Shown piece after piece: positions 51,901 through 64,000 of a stretch of 64,000 nt of DNA (its first letter is position 1; the number at the start of each line of letters is the position of its first letter). The notes beneath the pieces are model-generated. The model had not been told where the DNA came from. It saw only the letters and a program-made list of their open reading frames with translations, and ran no database searches. This stretch comes from Utricularia gibba (lineage: Eukaryota > Plantae > Magnoliophyta): positions 620,001 to 684,000 of the forward strand of contig NEEC01000015.1 of the NCBI GenBank assembly GCA_002189035.1. The letters are read 5' to 3'. The translations under genes were made by a program, and so were the position numbers.

Positions 51901-52005
51901 AGATGATGTTTAATTATTGTTAGTTTTCTAGGAGACGTGTCAGTTCACTCTATCCAGATGAACGGAGAGCTTGGCGCTCAAATGTGTCGGACCTAAACCC
52001 CACTC

Positions 52006-52013
52006 TAGGGTTT
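52006..52013 (+). promoter_or_regulatory. Telo-box upstream of GYRA
   Basis: TAGGGTTT (reverse complement of AAACCCTA) about 100 bp before the ATG. Confidence 0.35.
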
Positions 52014-52110
52014 TTGCACCTTTCATCGAGTTTCGAGCAACTGACTTGTATTCCATGGCATGAATCCTTACTGCATTGACGCCCACACCCATTTTCGAGC
52101 GAGGTTTCGA

Positions 52111-59870
<7,760 letters not shown>

Positions 59871-61293
59871 ATCCAGACCACATTTTTGTACAAGCTTGCT
59901 GCTGAACAAAATGCAACTCAGTCTCCCCTGTGGTGCAACTTCTTGATTTAAATCTGTCGCTTAAGTTTTGTGCATACTATGTCGTGTAGATTATACTTGA
60001 CACTCATCAAGTTTTGTTATTGGCTCTGGCTCTTGCTTAGGTGCGTTAGGGATCCTTTGAAATAGTTGAGAACCCTTCCCTATATTTTAAATTATTTAAG
60101 AATTTTCGAATAAAAACACTTTCTTCGTTTTGTCGTAAATTAAAATTGATTTAAAATTAATATAATACAAAGAATATTCATTAAAATCATCAAAATGCTT
60201 GTATGGCATCATTTTTTTTCAATCAAGTTGTAATAATAAATGATTTTCTCTAAAGCAGTATCTGTGGCGGGTATGTATTACACTAATACACCATAATTAG
60301 GAACATTTAATTTTTGGTTTGGAGAGGGGTGATAATCAATAGCTTGTTGGCCGATTTAATTTTTTTTCTTTAATTTAATATTTTTCAATAACAAATTAAA
60401 ATAATATAAAATTTATGAATATTTAGTTTAATTTGATCAATTAATTCATTGCAAAATCATGAATAAATCAGAAATAATCTTTTTTTTAAAAAAAAGTTAC
60501 ATATCAAACCCACTATCAAACGGGACCGATCAGCTGGGGAAATCTGGATAGAATGCGCTGAATCTCATCCAGCATTCATTTTTTTACGGAGCCATTCGTG
60601 CGAGATGGATTCTGGATGCTATGAAGAAAAAATTTTTTTTTGTTTTTGTTTTTTAGTTTATTCCACGCGGGTTCACAAATTATGACTTCTCTGCGTTTCT
60701 CCTGTTGCACTGAACTTCGACGTCGACACGTTCGTTGATTCATTCTCTTCTAGAGCTACAAGTACTTTGAATCTTCGGTTATTCCTGTTTCTAGCCGAAA
60801 TGCCGTGTTGGTTGCGCGCTTTTTGGGTCAACGTCTAGTAGTTTTCTTTTTCTGGTATTGTATTTCGGCTCACGTTTTCATTGTGATTCAATCTCATTCC
60901 ACCGTGGGCTCTTGTCGCCGAGCTGATTTGGTTTTGAAAACAATGGAGGTGCTGATTTGTGGGAAGTTTTCTTTTTGTTTTCTATCTGGGTTTTCGTTAC
61001 GCAGTGTGTATGAGAAGGAAGGCTGAATTTTGATTAGGCTCGGGTGGTATTCTTTGATCTGGATTTTTGGTTGGTGCAAGTTGGATTAGGGTTTCTATCA
61101 TTGGGTAGAAAAGCCCAACGGCTCATGGGTTTTTGCAAGTTGCGATGATCAGCGCTTTGATGTGGTCACTTCGTTTAGATTTACTGGTCTTGCTTTCATG
61201 GCGGAGATTTCACACTAACTTCTATCATTGATAAACGAGGGTTTTTTTCTTGTTGTTGGTGGTTTGGGCATCTTTGGTTTTAGAGTCAAGGGG

Positions 61294-64000
61294 ATGATGG
61301 ACTCGAACTCAGGGAAAGAAATATATGAAAATTCCTTTAACATGCCTGATCTTCGTTCATCTTCTCAGCACAGTACTGCCTCGTTCCATTCTGCTCACTC
61401 AAGGATCTCTGTCAGCAGTTCTGTTAAAGAGGTCACCTTTAATGATATGGGATCCAAGCGTGTGAGACAGGGCTCTAAGGGCGGTGAGTCTGAAGGCTTT
61501 GGCTCCTCATATAAAGAGATAAATGATGAGGAGGCACGCATGGTGTACATTAATGATCCTCAGAAAACAAATGAGAGATTTCAGTATGTGGGGAACCATG
61601 TTAGGACTGCGAAGTATACCATCTTGACATTCATTCCGCGTAATTTATTTGAACAGTTCCACAGAGTAGCTTATATCTACTTTCTTGCTATAGCAATTCT
61701 CAACCAGATCCCTCAGTTGGCCGTGTTTGGGCGTGGAGCTTCCGTTATGCCATTAGCTTTTGTCCTGTTGGTCACTGCCATAAAGGATGCTTTCGAAGAT
61801 TACAGGCGCCACAAATCTGACAAGATTGAGAACAATCGTCTGGCATGGGTTCTGGTGAATGATCGGTTTCAGCAGATAAAGTGGAAGTATATCCGTGTTG
61901 GACAGATCATAAAAGTTTCATCCAGTGAGACTCTCCCTTGTGATATGGTGGTGCTCTCAACTAGTGACCCAAGTGGTGTTGTATATGTGCAGACCACCAA
62001 TTTGGATGGTGAATCAAACTTAAAAACAAGATATGCCAAGCAAGAAACTCAAATGAAAAATCCAGAGAAAGGGGAGATGGGTGGATTGATCAAGTGTGAG
62101 AAACCAAATAGAAATATTTATGGTTTTCATGCGAATATGGAGATTGATGGAAAGCAAATTTCTCTTGGGCCATCAAATATAATTCTACGTGGTTGTGAGC
62201 TGAAAAACACTGACTGGGTCCTGGGAATTGCAGTATATGCTGGTAAGGAGACCAAAGCAATGCTCAATAACTCTGGCGCTCCATCCAAGAGAAGCCGCCT
62301 TGAGACACGCATGAACCGGGAGATCATCTTCCTTTCTGCTTTCCTTGTTGCTCTGTGTACAGTAGTCTCCGTCTGTAATGGTGTTTGGTTGCGAGTCCAC
62401 AGAAATGAGTTGGTGCTAATGCAGTTTTTCAGGAGGCATGACTATTCAATGCCTAGAGTTCGGAGTTATAATTACTACGGCTGGGGCTTGGAAGTATTCT
62501 TTGTATTTCTTATGGCCGTCATTGTATTCCAAATTATGATTCCTATATCGTTGTACATATCCATGGAGCTTGTTCGTGTGGGACAGGCATTCAACATGAT
62601 TCGAGATAAACATATGTTTGATGAAGTCTCGAATTCTAGATTCCAGTGTAGAGCTTTGAATATAAATGAGGATCTAGGACAGGTCAAGTATGTGTTTTCT
62701 GACAAAACGGGTACTCTTACTGAGAACAAAATGGAGTTTCAGTGTGCTAGCATAGGAGGCAGGGATTACAGCAATGCAGAAGAAAGTAATGAAGACAGCC
62801 GATTACTTTACACTACCCGAGGTGCATATAAACCTTCTTCCCCTTTCCATCTCCTTCCTTATTTGTTCTGTGTTCAAGGTTTTTTTTTTTTTAAATAGTT
62901 TACCAAATTCAGCTGTATGTGGAGTTTTATGCGCTTTAGTTAATAGCAGGGAGCAGGAAAATTGTGAGGCCAAAGATGAGAGTAAAGATTGACCCAGATC
63001 TTTTCAATGTGTGCCAATATAGGCACACCAGTGAAGGCTGTCATGCTTATGACTTCTTCATAGCGTTGGCTGCTTGTAACACTGTTGTCCCATTGACTAA
63101 AGAAACATCAGACCCTGCAGTGAAGTTGGTAGACTATCAAGGGGAATCTCCAGATGAGCAGGCGTTGGTTTATGCTGCTGCAGCTTATGGGTTTATGCTT
63201 GTTGAGAGAACTTCAGGGCACATTGTTATTGATATCCAAGGAGAAAGATTAAGGTAGCAACTCATCTATTCTTACACTATTATGCGTATTCTGTAATACT
63301 TTCACTATGCCATGGTCTGTTATGCGTAATGCTCCGTACTTGCCCCTTCTGGTGTATCTGATAAATAAATAATCTGGATTTTTTTACCTTCATTTTGTTA
63401 CCTTTTCTAACTTGCAGGTTTGATGTACTGGGATTGCATGAGTTTGATAGTGACAGGAAGAGGATGTCAGTTGTGTTGGGATGTCCAGATAAGACTGTTA
63501 AGGTGTTCGTTAAAGGTGCTGATACATCAATGTTCAGTGCCATGGATAAATCACAGGACACGAAAATGCTAGATATCACGGCAGAGCATGTTAATGCCTA
63601 TTCCTCGAAGGGCTTAAGGACTCTTGTTGTTGGAATGCGTGAGCTCAATTCATTTGAATTTGAACAATGGCGGTCAGCTTATGAGTCAGCAAGTACTGCC
63701 TTGATTGGGAGGGGGCGTGTACTTCGCAGAGTTGCAAACAACATTGAAAATCATCTCAGAATATTAGGTGCATCTGGGATTGAGGACAAACTGCAGAAAG
63801 GTGTGCCAGAAGCAATTGAATGCTTAAGAACTGCAGGAATCAAGGTCTGGGTTTTGACGGGTGACAAGCAAGAAACAGCAATCTCAATTGGCTACTCATC
63901 TAAACTCCTGACAAGCAATATGAGCCAAATAGTGATAAATAAGAACTCTAAGGAGTCATGCAGAAAGAGTTTACAGGATGCTTTGCTTAGATTGAAGGAT
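61294..64000 (+). CDS. ALA1: Phospholipid-transporting P4-ATPase ALA1-like; 3' part lies beyond the window
   Basis: YINDP..N..GNHVRTAKYT, NLFEQFHRVAYIYF, NLDGESNLK, IPISLYISME, FSDKTGTLTENKM phosphorylation motif, YQGESPDEQAL, FDSDRKRMSV, KGAD, IEDKLQ, WVLTGDKQETA. Confidence 0.95.

Overview
This is nuclear DNA from a flowering plant (a eudicot) with an unusually compact genome. I count about 22 spliceosomal protein-coding genes in 64 kb, roughly one per 3 kb, with mostly 60-150 nt introns and some intergenic gaps near 100 bp. In order: a domesticated Mutator-like gene (MUSTANG type), mitoribosomal mL45/Tim44-domain protein, PRA1, DnaJ-ferredoxin (DJC82-like), ATL RING-H2 ligase, SWEET16/17, PP1 (TOPP8/9-like), peptidyl-tRNA hydrolase, SRP19, VGT sugar transporter, DUF716/TMEM45, LPA3, TOPLESS-related, an S-protein homologue, OSCA1.8-like channel, DEAD-box RH5, a small uncharacterised protein, RPN9, a CRAL-TRIO protein, IWS1, gyrase A, and the 5' part of P4-ATPase ALA1. 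I found no tRNA, rRNA, CRISPR array, prophage or intact mobile element. At least 14 single-base (-1) frameshifts interrupt 10 of these genes, mostly at G/C runs; this is most likely consensus error in the assembly and explains why the ORF track is fragmented. The best leads are a hidden RGF/GOLVEN-like peptide gene candidate at 6575-7007, a PP1 with a 6-residue in-frame deletion, a MUSTANG gene with Asp in place of the third catalytic Glu, and a ~75-aa reduced member of an uncharacterised family. I see no multi-gene novel system that I can support. All family assignments and Arabidopsis locus numbers come from my recall of motifs, not from database searches.
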